The notes: generated from the sequence alone by a model not told the origin. Shown: positions 48,805 through 60,112, counted from the first letter of the stretch. The stretch is DNA of 64,000 bases from Candidatus Poribacteria bacterium (GCA_965215265.1 OZ244048.1:2112001-2176000); one strand, 5' to 3'. Made by a program: numbers and translations.

Positions 48805-50067
48805 TTAGGTACCCATCTCCCAAGAATTCAGGTATCTCTCTTGTTCATCGGTTAGGGCATCAATATCAACGCCAAACGCTTCCAATTTCAACCGTGCCAC
48901 GGTTTCATCGATCGCGGCGGGTACATCATAAACTCGATTTTCAAGTTTATCTGGGTTCTTCATGATATATTCCGTCACTAATGCTTGATTCGCAAAACTC
49001 ATGTCCATCACGCTTGCTGGATGCCCTTCGGCGGCAGCTAAGTTGACAAGTCGTCCTTCGCCGACAAGGAACAGTTTCTTTCCATCCGCTAATGTGTAGG
49101 CCTCAACAAATTCGCGTGCGTCGGATTTTGCGACACTGAGTTCTTCAAGTGCCGGAATGTCAATTTCGACGTTAAAATGTCCAGAATTCGCGATAATGGT
49201 GCCGTCCTTCATGGCCTCAAAATGTTCCTTCCGCAGGACATGAATATCCCCGGTTAGCGTAATCACCACGTCTGCTTCTTGAACGGCAGCTTTCATGGGC
49301 ATGACACGGAATCCGTCCATAACCGCTTCTAACGCTTTTAAGGCAGTAACCTCTGTCACAATGACGTTCGCCCCTAAGCCTCGTGCCCGACTTGCTACGC
49401 CTCTACCGCACCAGCCGTACCCTGCAATGACAACCGTTGTTCCAGCAATAAGGAGATTGGTTGCCCTGATAATCCCATCTAAAGTGCTTTGCCCGGTCCC
49501 GTACCGGTTATCAAAGAAATGTTTGGTTTGCGCATCGTTTACAGCGATAATCGGGTACTTCAGTACGCCTTCTGCTGCCATGCTTTTGAGCCGAATCACC
49601 CCGGTCGTTGTCTCTTCGGTGCCAGCAATGACCTGCTCGGCGAGCGCTGGGTTTGTATTTTCAGCATGGAGCCTTGATACCAGATCTGCGCCATCATCCA
49701 TGGTAATCATGGGTTGTAAATCCAGCGTCGCATCAATGTGTTGGTAATAGGTATCGGTATCTTCTCCATTAATCGCAAAAACGCCGATTTGCTCATCGGC
49801 AACGAGGGATGCAGCTACATCGTCCTGTGTACTAAGTGGATTTGACGCACACACAACTGCCTCAGCACCGCCTGCCTTCAACGTCTTCAGGAGATTCGCC
49901 GTTTCAGTTGTGACATGGAGACAAGCTGCAATCCGCAATCCATCCAATGGACGTTCTTTTGCAAACCGGGCGCGGATCGTTTCTAAAACCGGCATAAACC
50001 TGTTAGCCCAATCAATACGTTGTTTTCCGGTTGATGCCAAGTCCGTCGTTTTAATATCGTAGTTCAT
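48805..50067 (-). CDS. ahcY: Adenosylhomocysteinase
   Basis: [53 protein letters not shown]. Confidence 0.97.
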   Translation of the reverse strand: MNYDIKTTDLASTGKQRIDWANRFMPVLETIRARFAKERPLDGLRIAACLHVTTETANLLKTLKAGGAEAVVCASNPLSTQDDVAASLVADEQIGVFAINGEDTDTYYQHIDATLDLQPMITMDDGADLVSRLHAENTNPALAEQVIAGTEETTTGVIRLKSMAAEGVLKYPIIAVNDAQTKHFFDNRYGTGQSTLDGIIRATNLLIAGTTVVIAGYGWCGRGVASRARGLGANVIVTEVTALKALEAVMDGFRVMPMKAAVQEADVVITLTGDIHVLRKEHFEAMKDGTIIANSGHFNVEIDIPALEELSVAKSDAREFVEAYTLADGKKLFLVGEGRLVNLAAAEGHPASVMDMSFANQALVTEYIMKNPDKLENRVYDVPAAIDETVARLKLEAFGVDIDALTDEQERYLNSWEMGT

Positions 50068-50237
50068 CAATTCTCCGTTCCAATGCAATTCTAAATTCTA
50101 CCTAAGACATAAGTTAAAAAATCTGTGAAACGTCATATCGAGAGGCGTTCATGCCAAACCTGTTTAACTGCCTCTTGCCCGCATCCGTGGCTGCAGGAAA
50201 GGCACAAAAAAATTTTTTTTGCTGTGTCAAAATGTCT

Positions 50238-51362
50238 TTATTGGAGTTTTTCAACGTAGTCCGTTTTTTCCCACGTAAACCCGGGCTCCTCACGACCGAA
50301 ATGTCCGTAAACTGCAGTGTTTCTATAAATAGGTTTTCGCAATTCCAACCTTTCAATGATACCGTTTGGGGTTAGATCGAAATGCTGATTGACCAGTTGT
50401 GCCGCGCGGGTGTCATCGCCGGTTCCAAAGGTATCCACCATAACGGATACGGGTGCTTTTCTGCCGATGACGTAAGAGAGCTGAATCTCACATCGTTCAG
50501 CTAATCCGGCGGCGACAAGGTTTTTGGCAGCGTGCCGTGCAGCGTAGGTTGCACTCCGGTCGACTTTGGTTGGATCTTTACCAGAGAAAGCCCCCCCACC
50601 GTGTCGTCCCATTCCGCCGTATGTATCAACAATGATTTTTCGACCCGTTAAGCCAGCATCTCCTTGCGGGCCACCTGTCACAAACCGTCCAGTTGGATTA
50701 ATGTGATATTCAATGTCCGGACCTCGGAGATGTTCAGGAATAATTTTTTTTATAACTTCTTCAATAATGGCTTCTTTCAGCGTAGTATCTTCAACATCCG
50801 GATCGTGTTGCGTCGAAACGACGACAGCCGTGACGGCTTTAGGCTTGTTGTCAACATATTGAACAGTTACTTGAGATTTTCCATCGGGCCGGATAAAATT
50901 CAGGATGCCATCTTTGCGGACTTCTGCCAATCGGCGAGTCAATTGGTGGGCAAGGGTGATGGGCAGGGGCATCAATTGCGGTGTTTCTCTACAAGCGTAT
51001 CCGAACATGATACCTTGGTCTCCGGCACCGCCCGGATTAACCCCAATTGCAATATCGGGGGACTGTCTGTCAATCAGGCTCAGCACCGCGCTATTCTTGG
51101 CATCAAAACCATAGGCGATATCCGTGTAACCAATATCAGCAAATACATCACGTGCAATCTGTTGTGCATCATACGAAGCATTCGTTGTGATTTCACCTGT
51201 GATGAGCGCAAGTCCGGTTGTTACTAAAGTTTCGCAAGCAACCCTGCCCATTTTATCGGATACGAATATCGCATCAAGGACCGCATCAGAGATCTGATCT
51301 GCGATTTTGTCCGGATGTCCTTCGGTGACAGATTCGGACGTAAAAAGAACGTTGTTGTTCAA
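50238..51362 (-). CDS. metK: Methionine adenosyltransferase
   Basis: [35 protein letters not shown]; TTG start after AGGAG (ATG 51383 is an alternative). Confidence 0.97.
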   Translation of the reverse strand: MNNNVLFTSESVTEGHPDKIADQISDAVLDAIFVSDKMGRVACETLVTTGLALITGEITTNASYDAQQIARDVFADIGYTDIAYGFDAKNSAVLSLIDRQSPDIAIGVNPGGAGDQGIMFGYACRETPQLMPLPITLAHQLTRRLAEVRKDGILNFIRPDGKSQVTVQYVDNKPKAVTAVVVSTQHDPDVEDTTLKEAIIEEVIKKIIPEHLRGPDIEYHINPTGRFVTGGPQGDAGLTGRKIIVDTYGGMGRHGGGAFSGKDPTKVDRSATYAARHAAKNLVAAGLAERCEIQLSYVIGRKAPVSVMVDTFGTGDDTRAAQLVNQHFDLTPNGIIERLELRKPIYRNTAVYGHFGREEPGFTWEKTDYVEKLQ

Positions 51363-51430
51363 TTCCAAGCTCCTGCTCTGCATCTCTAATTATCTTGTTC
51401 TTGAATATAAGTTGCGGTGGGCAAACTAGA

Positions 51431-51481
51431 TATATAAATTCCCCTTCTCCGTCTACGTAAACGAGAAGGGGAATTTATATA
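51431..51481 (-). terminator. Long stem-loop after rpsA
   Basis: TATATAAATTCCCCTTCTC / GAGAAGGGGAATTTATATA 19-bp inverted repeat. Confidence 0.75.
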
Positions 51482-51499
51482 CCGTTAGATCCGTGGAAG

Positions 51500-53752
51500 T
51501 TACTCCTCGGAGTTAGCAGCGTTTGACTTCCCCATTTCCTCTTTGAGCAGTGCTCCCAGGGCGGTTACGGTTTTCTCAGGAACCTGTTTCGCACGTCTCG
51601 GTTCCCGCCGGGGTCTGGCGTGCTGCTCTCTCTGTTTTTCTTCCGTTTCTTCCGGAGCACGTACGGCTGCACGTTCTTGCTCAGCAATCGCTGCCTTCAA
51701 ACTGAGGCCGATTCGCCGGTCTCGCGGGGAAAGGTTAATGACCTTTAAGTCAAGTTCTTGCCCAACGGATACAATTTCGTGCGGGTTTTCAATGCGCCGG
51801 TCTGCCAATTCAGAGATGTGAATTAAACCTTCAATTCCTTCCTCCAATTTGGTAAATGCACCAAAACTCGTGATATTGACAATTTCACCACGCACAACGG
51901 AACCAACCTTATACTTCTCCGGGACGTTTTCCCACGGATCCGGCTGCGTCTGTTTCAGTCCAAGTGAAACCCGGCGTTCCTGCGCATCAATTTGCAGAAC
52001 AACCACCTCAATTTCGCTTCCTTCCTTCAAAGTTTCATGAGATTCTGCACCCCGTTTTGTCCAAGAGAGGTCTGAGGTATGGATTAATCCATCAATACCT
52101 TCTTCAATTTCAACAAATACACCGAAATTCGTCAAGTTTCGGATGCGACCTGTAATTCTAGCACCAACTGGATACTTTTGTTCCAACAGCTCCCACGGAT
52201 TCTGTTGCAACTGTTTGATACCGAGCGAAATCCGTTTGTCTGACTTAGAAATCTCAAGCACAACGGCTTCAACTTCCTGACCTTTACTCACAATACGGGA
52301 AGGTGCAACGTTCCGGCGGGTCCAGGACATTTCCGAGACATGAATTAATCCTTCAACCCCTTCTTCTAAATGAAGGAACGCGCCATAGTTAACGATATTC
52401 ACAACGCGCCCGCGCACGGTGGAACCGACTGGATACTTCTCTTCAACATTCTCCCACGGATCCGGTGTCTTCTGTTTCAAGCCCAACGAAATTTTCTCGC
52501 TGTCCTTGCCGATACCGATAACTAAGACTTCAATATGGTTACCAACGCCGACGACCTCAGACGGATGGTGAATCCTTCTCCAAGCCATATCTGTCTTGTG
52601 GAGTAAGCCATCAACACCACCTAGATCCACAAACGCGCCAAAGCTGGTTATATTTTTGACTTCACCGGTTACCAATTGTCCGACTTCCAGTCTACTCAGA
52701 ACCTCAGCCTTCTTTTTCGCTAATTCTTCCTCTAACCAAGCACGACGAGACAACACGATATTATGTCGCCGTTTGCTCAGGCTGATCACCTTCATTTCCA
52801 GGACCTGACCGACATAGTCTTCTAGATTCTGAACCGGCCGCATTTCAATTTGAGAGGCAGGGAGAAAGCCACGGAGTGAGCCAACGCTCACACGGAACCC
52901 CCCTTTAATCCTTTCTGTAATCCGGCCATCTACTGGCGTACCGCTCTCATGTGCACGCGTAATCTTATCCCAAATAAGCGTCTGGTCTGCTATGTTTTTT
53001 GAAAGAACTATCTGTCCTTCCGAATCTTCGCGACGGACAATGTAGACATCTATGACATCGCCTACCTGCACCGGCGGCATATCGCTTCTGCCGGCACCAA
53101 ATTCCGCTGCAGGGATATAGCCCTCTGATTTAAAGCCGATATCGATCATCACCTCATCGCGGTTGACATCTACAACGGTGCCTTTAACTATTTCACCATC
53201 CGTAAATGCCTTAATTGAATTATCATACGCCTCTTCAAGAGATTCCGGGCTCATTGGTTCTGGAGACGATTCCGGGGCATCCGCAGCAGCGGCAGCCTCA
53301 TCTGGAAACTCCACCGGCTGTTCAACTTCAGCCGTGTCCTCAGTTGTCTCCGATTCATCGGTAAGGACTGCTGCCTGTTCCGTTTCAGCGGAGCCTGACG
53401 TGCTAGCTGCCTCGGCATCTGAAGCAACCTGCACAACTTCAGGGGGCTCGTTTGCAGAACCCGCTTCTGTCTCTACTTCGGCGGTCTGTTCAATTGCCTC
53501 TTCACCGGTAAGAGAGGTACGTGCCTCAGATAGTGTTGCTGCTTGATCAGATTCTGAACTGTCAGAAACAAGAGGCTCCTCCTCGCCCGTCTGCGCTTCA
53601 TGCTCCTCAGGGGCATCCTCGGTTACCGGGGGCGAATTTTCAGTGTCCGGTGTTTCTGTCTCGCTTACTGCTTCCTTATTCACTTCAACTGTCTCATGCT
53701 TTTCTTCCACTTCAACAGCGGATGGATTAGTTGTTGACTGTACGTTATTCAT
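51500..53752 (-). CDS. rpsA: 30S ribosomal protein S1 with long acidic N-terminal extension
   Basis: Six S1 repeats (DIGFKSEG, FGAFVDLGG, EGLIHVSE..RISLGIKQ); about 170 aa E/T/A/S-rich N-terminus. Confidence 0.95.
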   Translation of the reverse strand: MNNVQSTTNPSAVEVEEKHETVEVNKEAVSETETPDTENSPPVTEDAPEEHEAQTGEEEPLVSDSSESDQAATLSEARTSLTGEEAIEQTAEVETEAGSANEPPEVVQVASDAEAASTSGSAETEQAAVLTDESETTEDTAEVEQPVEFPDEAAAAADAPESSPEPMSPESLEEAYDNSIKAFTDGEIVKGTVVDVNRDEVMIDIGFKSEGYIPAAEFGAGRSDMPPVQVGDVIDVYIVRREDSEGQIVLSKNIADQTLIWDKITRAHESGTPVDGRITERIKGGFRVSVGSLRGFLPASQIEMRPVQNLEDYVGQVLEMKVISLSKRRHNIVLSRRAWLEEELAKKKAEVLSRLEVGQLVTGEVKNITSFGAFVDLGGVDGLLHKTDMAWRRIHHPSEVVGVGNHIEVLVIGIGKDSEKISLGLKQKTPDPWENVEEKYPVGSTVRGRVVNIVNYGAFLHLEEGVEGLIHVSEMSWTRRNVAPSRIVSKGQEVEAVVLEISKSDKRISLGIKQLQQNPWELLEQKYPVGARITGRIRNLTNFGVFVEIEEGIDGLIHTSDLSWTKRGAESHETLKEGSEIEVVVLQIDAQERRVSLGLKQTQPDPWENVPEKYKVGSVVRGEIVNITSFGAFTKLEEGIEGLIHISELADRRIENPHEIVSVGQELDLKVINLSPRDRRIGLSLKAAIAEQERAAVRAPEETEEKQREQHARPRREPRRAKQVPEKTVTALGALLKEEMGKSNAANSEE

Positions 53753-53852
53753 TAAGATAACTGGTTCATCTACAAACGCGAAACTGCGTCGCTTTGCCAG
53801 TTCCTCCTTATATTCAAAGTGTTTTTAACACTTTGCAAATCGGTTACTTAAT

Positions 53853-53929
53853 AGTATATCATAAATCCAGATAAAAAAGCAAAGAAATTAAAAAAAATCT
53901 TTGACATTTTTCGGAATTTAAGATAAAAT
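53853..53929. promoter_or_regulatory. Divergent promoters of rpsA (-) and the STAS gene (+)
   Basis: Plus: TTGACA-17-TAAAAT at 53901-53929. Minus: TTGCTT-18-TATACT at 53882-53853. Confidence 0.6.
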
Positions 53930-53988
53930 CATTATCGGTTCTCAATAAGCATGCAGAATTTTTATGTAATGTATAGTAGGTGATTTTT

Positions 53989-54333
53989 ATGACTGCAACC
54001 GAATTGATGATGCTCCGGGACTATTCCGGAATCAAAATTATAAAAATAAAAACAGAACTCAGTAGTTATGCCGCATCCGATTTACGTAAAATGCTTGAGA
54101 GACTCTTAGAGCAAAAAGTTGATAAAATTATCGTTAATCTAAGTCAAGTCAATCATATCAACAGTACCGCTGTGGGTGCTCTCGTCGGCATTGCCAAGCG
54201 ATTACGCCAAAATGGAGGAGACCTTAAAATCTGCGAATTAGCCGATAATTTGACACGGACTTTTAATTTAATAGGCGCATCAAGCGTTATTGAAATCTAT
54301 GAGTCTGAAAACAGTGCGATTGCCGCCTTTTAA
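53989..54333 (+). CDS. STAS domain anti-sigma factor antagonist (RsbV/SpoIIAA-like)
   Basis: IIVNLSQVNHINSTAVGAL..GGDLKI. Confidence 0.88.
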   Translation: MTATELMMLRDYSGIKIIKIKTELSSYAASDLRKMLERLLEQKVDKIIVNLSQVNHINSTAVGALVGIAKRLRQNGGDLKICELADNLTRTFNLIGASSVIEIYESENSAIAAF

Positions 54334-54370
54334 ATACAGCGACTTTTGGAACAAAGCAGATCTGAAGCCC

Positions 54371-54796
54371 ATGGAGAAAGCGCATATTAAAATTAAGATT
54401 CCGAGCGACGTTTTTTATTTAGAACCGGTTCGGGCCTTTATAGGAAACTTAGCACAACACCTCGGATTCTCCAGAAAACGAATTGCCGATATTCAACTCG
54501 CGGTTGATGAAATCTGTAGCAACGCAGTGGATCACGGTTCCCTGAGTACCGAAGCCGAAATTAAATTGCAAATTTGCGGTAATTCGCAAGCACTTGAGAT
54601 TTTGGTGCAGGATGCTGGAACAGGAGTCGCTTGGTTAACGCCGGAAAGACTCGCCGAAATTGAGGCGAATCGCTCATCCAACAACGAGAGCGGGCACGGT
54701 ATTTTTCTCGCAAAATTGCTCTCTGATACTTACGATATACGATGCAATGCCGACGGCGGAACGGATGTTCATGTAATCTTTTACCAGAAGGATTAG
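54371..54796 (+). CDS. Anti-sigma factor Ser/Thr kinase (RsbW-like HATPase)
   Basis: LAVDEICSNAVDHG, VQDAGTG, ESGHGIFL, GGT. Confidence 0.88.
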   Translation: MEKAHIKIKIPSDVFYLEPVRAFIGNLAQHLGFSRKRIADIQLAVDEICSNAVDHGSLSTEAEIKLQICGNSQALEILVQDAGTGVAWLTPERLAEIEANRSSNNESGHGIFLAKLLSDTYDIRCNADGGTDVHVIFYQKD

Positions 54797-55289
54797 ATAT
54801 TTGGCGGAGCGGAGACATCTTTCTCAAAAATAAGTATACTGTTCTTATCACGTAGCGAAGACGTTTCCACAGATTTCCACCTGGGCAGCCGCCAAGCCAA
54901 ACGTTTGTGGATACACTATAAAGCATGATATACGAGTCCTTCTAATGATTTTTGGAGTTCAGGAATGATGAATTCAATATGGAAGATTAACAAGCAACGA
55001 GATGATCATCTGCTAATCATTGCTTCTTTTCTCCTAATACTTAGATGGATGCTGGATGAGCTCAAAGGAGATGTATTTGATGGGTTAGATTTGTTCCTGA
55101 TGATTAGCAGTTCCTGGGTGTACTTTTGGGTACTTCGGCATCGGAATAAACTCACAAAGGGAGGACTCCTTTTTTTTTCTAGGGGTAAATGTGTTTGTGA
55201 GTGTACTGGCAATTGGCGTTATCTTTTGGGGATGGCAGTTCAAATTGTATCCTGAAAACCTAGCTTTAGGTACGAAGAGGGGAGAAGCC

Positions 55290-56486
55290 CTAATGCTTCT
55301 CCCCTCTCTGTTGTAACTGTTGTGCAGCTGCCTCAATTGCAATGAGCGTCAGATCATCGTCTTTAGGACAGGTATCCGTGAACGCATCAATGATTTGGGA
55401 GACATTGTTAATGAGTAGAGAGACGGGTTGTTCAGTAGAGGCGTTGAGGAGTTTCAGGAGTCGTTCTGCTGTAAATTCTTCACCTTGCGGGTTTTTGGCT
55501 TCGTAAGTCCCATCGGTATAGAGAAATAGTCGGCTGGACTTGTCAAACGGATAATGGATAGTTTCATACGTCGATTCCCGCCAAATCCCTAATCCGTTCC
55601 CCGTGTTTTTATCGCCAATCGGATGATAGGTCTGCTGTTCGCTGCTATACAGAAACGGGAACGGGTGCCCCGCATTAGCGCAGATAAATTGGCCTTGAGA
55701 GATGTCAAGGACACCACAAAACGCGGTTGCAAACATGAAAAGGTGGGAACTAATCATATCGTTGAATCGAGTATTGAGGATTTTGAGGAGCCGACTCGGG
55801 TCATCTGGGATAAGGGGTTGGAATTCTGCCAAAACGGTTTTGATGAAAACTGTCACAAAAGCCGCTGAGACACCGTGTCCCATCACATCAGAGATAAAAA
55901 CGCCTAATCGATTCGGGGTAATCTCCCAGATATCAAAGAAATCCCCACCGACCGCCATTTCCGGGCGGCAATGCGAAGCAATGCTAAATCCCGATAATTC
56001 CTGAACGCCATCCTCAGGAAGCAGAATTTCCTGAATGCTTCGTGCCATTTGGAGTTCTTCTTCTAATCGCGCGTTATGGCTTTCAAGCGTGTCATGATAG
56101 TGTTTGATACGCAATAGCGACCGGACGCGTGCTAACACCTCAAGGCTATTAAACGGTTTTTCAATCAAATCATCTGCACCTGCATCGATTGCCTTAATCC
56201 GATTTTCGTATGTATCTCGCAGGGCTGTTATCATAACAATCGGGATAAATGCAGTCGCAGCATTCGCACGAAGGCGTTCAACAACTTTAAATCCGTCCAT
56301 CCGCGGCATGTTTATATCTAATAAGATCAGGTCCGGCATTTCGTTCTCTACAGCCTCTAAGGCTTCAAGTCCATCTATTGCACTGCAAACTGTGTACCCG
56401 CGTGCACTGAGATGAATTTGAAGAATTCTCACATTCTTCGGTTCATCATCAACTACGAGAATTTTGGCTGGAGTTTCGGAGTTCAT
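55290..56486 (-). CDS. Response regulator fused to PP2C/SpoIIE phosphatase (RsbU/RsbP-like)
   Basis: REC domain VVDD..LLDINMP..KP; VGGDFFD, DVMGHG, YTDG, DDLT. Confidence 0.93.
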   Translation of the reverse strand: MNSETPAKILVVDDEPKNVRILQIHLSARGYTVCSAIDGLEALEAVENEMPDLILLDINMPRMDGFKVVERLRANAATAFIPIVMITALRDTYENRIKAIDAGADDLIEKPFNSLEVLARVRSLLRIKHYHDTLESHNARLEEELQMARSIQEILLPEDGVQELSGFSIASHCRPEMAVGGDFFDIWEITPNRLGVFISDVMGHGVSAAFVTVFIKTVLAEFQPLIPDDPSRLLKILNTRFNDMISSHLFMFATAFCGVLDISQGQFICANAGHPFPFLYSSEQQTYHPIGDKNTGNGLGIWRESTYETIHYPFDKSSRLFLYTDGTYEAKNPQGEEFTAERLLKLLNASTEQPVSLLINNVSQIIDAFTDTCPKDDDLTLIAIEAAAQQLQQRGEKH

Positions 56487-56875
56487 TTACCGTTTCCTTT
56501 AATGTGAGCTTCTACGCGTTCCACCAGGACCTGGATATCAATCGGTTTGCTCAGATAATCGTCACAGCCTGCTTTTAAGATGCGTTCCTTGTCCCCAGAC
56601 ATCGCTGCAGCGGTTAAGGCGATGATTGGGATATCTGCCCATCTCAATTCCGATTTAATTTTGCGTACTAAATCCTCACCGCTCTCTCCAGGGAGGGCAA
56701 TATCCATCAGAATGAGTTGAGGCTTTGCCGCTTCTAAGCAGGCGATTGCTTCCACAGCGTCTGTCGCTTCAATAACAGTATATCCTTTTGACTGTAGCAC
56801 AATCCGCACCACTTTCCGGTTCAATTCCTGGTCTTCAATCACCAATATTCGCGGCAGTGAGTTTGTGGTGTTCAC
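56483..56875 (-). CDS. Single-domain response regulator (DivK-like)
   Basis: VIED, LMDIALP, IIALTA, GCDDYLSKP; GTG start. Confidence 0.92.
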   Translation of the reverse strand: MNTTNSLPRILVIEDQELNRKVVRIVLQSKGYTVIEATDAVEAIACLEAAKPQLILMDIALPGESGEDLVRKIKSELRWADIPIIALTAAAMSGDKERILKAGCDDYLSKPIDIQVLVERVEAHIKGNGK

Positions 56876-56929
56876 GGGTTGCCCTCAATTCAAGCGAAAG
56901 AATCTTATATTATCGACACGTTGCATGGA

Positions 56930-59239
56930 TTAATCTTTTCGCTGCGTCCGTGGAATTCTAAAACTGAAGTTACTTCCTTTGCCCACATTGCTGGTGATAC
57001 TGATGCCCCCCTGATGCAATTCAATTAAGCGATGGGTAAGAGCCAAACCGAGGCCTGTTCCACCGTAACGACGAGACTTCGAGGTATCAATCTGTGTAAA
57101 CGGAGCGAAGAGTTTCCCCAAATCTTCTTTAGTGATGCCTATACCGGTGTCAATTACCTCGGCCCGGAGTTCTGTCGAAGTCAGTTCCAATTCAGTTGTA
57201 ACCTTTCCGTTGTCCGGGGTGAACTTCACAGCGTTTGAGAGTAGATTATAAAAAATCTGCTTCAATTTAACACGGTCAGCTTCAATTGTTCCATTTTGAT
57301 TGTAGTTCAAGGTGATATGCAAATTCTTTTTTCCGGTGAGGGCTTTAATAATCGTGTTGACTTCCTCCACGGCTTCTACAATAGAGAAGGTTTCGAGTTG
57401 TAGCATCATTTTCCCAGCTTCAATTTTTGAAAGATCAAGGATGTCATTAATCATCTCTAACAGATGTTGCCCACTTGTATGAATGTCGTTCACACACTCC
57501 TTCTGCTCTGGATTGATGCTACCGACGAGCTCGTCTCGGAGAATTTCGGCGAATCCAATGATCGCGTTTAACGGTGTCCGAAGTTCGTGGCTCATGTTCG
57601 CGAGGAAGTCGCTCTTTGCACGACTTGCGTATTCAGCCGTCTCTTTCGCACGCTGCATCGTCTGCTGTGCCCGGATGCGTTCGGTTATATTCAGTGCCAT
57701 GCTAATACCGAGATTCCTTCCATCCGGTAGGATTCCCAATAAAGACGAACTAAATTCCCATATCTGTTTTTTACCGTGTTTGGTAACAATTTCATACTCG
57801 CCCTCAGCGACACGTTCTGTAGAACCATATAACTGTGCAAGATGGACTCTGATGTCATTCACTTTTCCGCCATCTGTTTGTTCCAACCATTTGGAAACCG
57901 TAGGAATGTCCTCAAGTTTATACCCTGTTAATTCTGTCCAGGCACGGCTAATCAGAATCACTTCTCCATCTTCAGCATGAATCATAACGGGGAGGGGCGC
58001 GTTAAGCACCGCTCTGCGAAAACGTGCCTCACTGTTCTGGAGCTCAATTTCTGCTTGTTTCCGGTCCGTGATATCCGTTGAAGTCATCACAAAACCGACT
58101 AATTCTCCATCTCGTTTAATGGGACCTAGACAAGAGGCGTACCAGTTTCCGCTCATTTGGCCTTGCACTTCGTACGTCGCCACCTCTCCAGTTTCAATAA
58201 CCTTTGAACAAGCTTTTCGGAATCTATCATGATGCTCGCTATTCAAGAATTCAAAAATGCTTTTTCCAACAACGTCTTTGGTTGTTAAGCTAAGTCCGGT
58301 AGGGATCCGGTTGAGGAACTCTAGCTGATAGGCAAGGTTCATTGTTGTAATCAGATCTGGCGCACTTTGAACGAGAGAACGCCATTTCGCTTCCGAATCC
58401 CGCAACGCTTGTTCCGCACGATAGTATTCAGTAATGTCCCGCGAAATACCACACGTTCCTTGAATTCGGCCATTTCTATCCCGAATTGGTACCTTGGTTG
58501 TCGAAACCCATGTATCTCGTCCATCCGGCCATGTCTCTTTTTCCTGTTTACCCTCAATTGGCTTACCCGATTCAATAATCGTTTTTTCGTCTTTGTACGC
58601 CTGCTGTGCATGTTCACGAGTAAAAAAATCAAAATCCGTTTTTTCGACAGCATCCGCAGGGTTTTTCAAACCGAACCGGTTTGCCAACGAACGGTTGATG
58701 CGGATAAACTTACTCTCTGTATCCTTGAAGTAGATCTGATCGGTGGAACTGTCCATAAGCGTATGCAACAGATCGCGTTCTTGCGTATGCACCGCCGCCA
58801 GTTTCTGATACCGCTTCTCACTCTCTTTCACTCTAGCTTTCAGATGCTTTGTCTGCGTTATATCTTTGACCACAACATAGCAGGTTTCTTGTGCTGATGG
58901 TTTATGAACTTGCCACCGCAGCCACTTGTAAGACGAATCTTTGCACAGATAGCGGTTCTCAAAGGAGACTATGACACATGCCCCGCATCTCAGCTTTTCG
59001 ATTTCGCTGAACGTATGCTCCATATCATCTGGATGTATCAGATCCAACCAGTGATGCCTCTGAAATTCTGCCTCGCTAAATCCGAGGACTTCCTCCCAGA
59101 CAGGATTTAATACCACAAGTGCCCCATCAAGTTTTAGAGAGCCGAACATCTCAGAGGACAGATGCAAAAAAGAGGCACTCTGATCGATTTCCCCTTCAGC
59201 TTGCAATATTGTCGTTCCAGTTAAACCCAAATGTGTCAT
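56930..59239 (-). CDS. Multi-PAS sensor histidine kinase
   Basis: Four PAS/PAC domains, MSHELRTPLN H-box, NLLSNAVKF, DTGIGI, GTGLGL. Confidence 0.94.
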   Translation of the reverse strand: MTHLGLTGTTILQAEGEIDQSASFLHLSSEMFGSLKLDGALVVLNPVWEEVLGFSEAEFQRHHWLDLIHPDDMEHTFSEIEKLRCGACVIVSFENRYLCKDSSYKWLRWQVHKPSAQETCYVVVKDITQTKHLKARVKESEKRYQKLAAVHTQERDLLHTLMDSSTDQIYFKDTESKFIRINRSLANRFGLKNPADAVEKTDFDFFTREHAQQAYKDEKTIIESGKPIEGKQEKETWPDGRDTWVSTTKVPIRDRNGRIQGTCGISRDITEYYRAEQALRDSEAKWRSLVQSAPDLITTMNLAYQLEFLNRIPTGLSLTTKDVVGKSIFEFLNSEHHDRFRKACSKVIETGEVATYEVQGQMSGNWYASCLGPIKRDGELVGFVMTSTDITDRKQAEIELQNSEARFRRAVLNAPLPVMIHAEDGEVILISRAWTELTGYKLEDIPTVSKWLEQTDGGKVNDIRVHLAQLYGSTERVAEGEYEIVTKHGKKQIWEFSSSLLGILPDGRNLGISMALNITERIRAQQTMQRAKETAEYASRAKSDFLANMSHELRTPLNAIIGFAEILRDELVGSINPEQKECVNDIHTSGQHLLEMINDILDLSKIEAGKMMLQLETFSIVEAVEEVNTIIKALTGKKNLHITLNYNQNGTIEADRVKLKQIFYNLLSNAVKFTPDNGKVTTELELTSTELRAEVIDTGIGITKEDLGKLFAPFTQIDTSKSRRYGGTGLGLALTHRLIELHQGGISITSNVGKGSNFSFRIPRTQRKD

Positions 59240-59263
59240 GAAGCACCTTTTGTTTACAGTGTG

Positions 59264-60025
59264 CTACTTCGTTACCAAAACAGCACGATTGGCCAATTTG
59301 ACGACGGTCTGCGTTGTACTTTGGAAGACGAGTTCGTACAATCTGCCGTGATGGCTAGCACTCAGTGCGATAAGGTCGCAATCTGTTGCCTCAGCGTTTT
59401 CTAAGATGTTCGTTACCGTAAAACCACGAGCCGTCAAAAATTCCGTCGTGACATCATAGTAATTCAGATACGCTTCCATCTGTTGCTTAATTTGCGTCGC
59501 TTCATATTGCGTATTTGAAAGGGCGAGCCCCAAAATACCGGCCTTTGTCAATTCGCCAATTTCAGCCACAAGACTTAAGACATGGTCCGAATAGATATCA
59601 CCGTGATGGACAGCTAAAATTTTGCGTAAAAGTGTACACTGTTCATGAACAATGATGATCGGTTTCGTAATATGCGCGAGGATATCATCAATCTGGCTCT
59701 GAATTAATTTTAACCCGCGAGTTCTTATGTCTTCCGGTAGCCCGACGACGACAAGATCTGCCGAACGTGCTTTTTGGCAAATCATCTGCTCCGGATTTCC
59801 AGCAACGGCTTCAACGTGGTAATCAAGAAAATCATACAGCGAGCATTCCGCTTCTGTCCGGCGCACCACAGTTTCTGCAACATCCGCACTCCCACCATGC
59901 TCACTATCCTGAAAAAATACACATGATAAATGTGTTCCTAAGAGCACCGCCAACTGACCTGCGTACTCAAAGGCATTTTTCTCATAATCTGTATCACCAA
60001 TAGCAACGAGAATGTTTTTTATCAT
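59264..60025 (-). CDS. Tandem-domain universal stress protein
   Basis: IKNILVA, ADLVVVG, CDLIAL..STTQTVV...VLV. Confidence 0.85.
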   Translation of the reverse strand: MIKNILVAIGDTDYEKNAFEYAGQLAVLLGTHLSCVFFQDSEHGGSADVAETVVRRTEAECSLYDFLDYHVEAVAGNPEQMICQKARSADLVVVGLPEDIRTRGLKLIQSQIDDILAHITKPIIIVHEQCTLLRKILAVHHGDIYSDHVLSLVAEIGELTKAGILGLALSNTQYEATQIKQQMEAYLNYYDVTTEFLTARGFTVTNILENAEATDCDLIALSASHHGRLYELVFQSTTQTVVKLANRAVLVTK

Positions 60026-60112
60026 TACCTCTCACCTTCCGGGTTTTTGTAGATTGATGTGTTATGTTAACTGCGCTTGAATTTATCGCCCCACGTTAAA
60101 GCGGGTCCGGAC

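Noticed and set aside
50100-50237. Canonical SAH or SAM riboswitch before ahcY
   Set aside because: The conserved core elements could not be matched; kept only as a low-level structural finding.
54965-55255. 96-aa hydrophobic ORF between convergent operons
   Set aside because: No recognisable family and weak start signals; cannot be supported.
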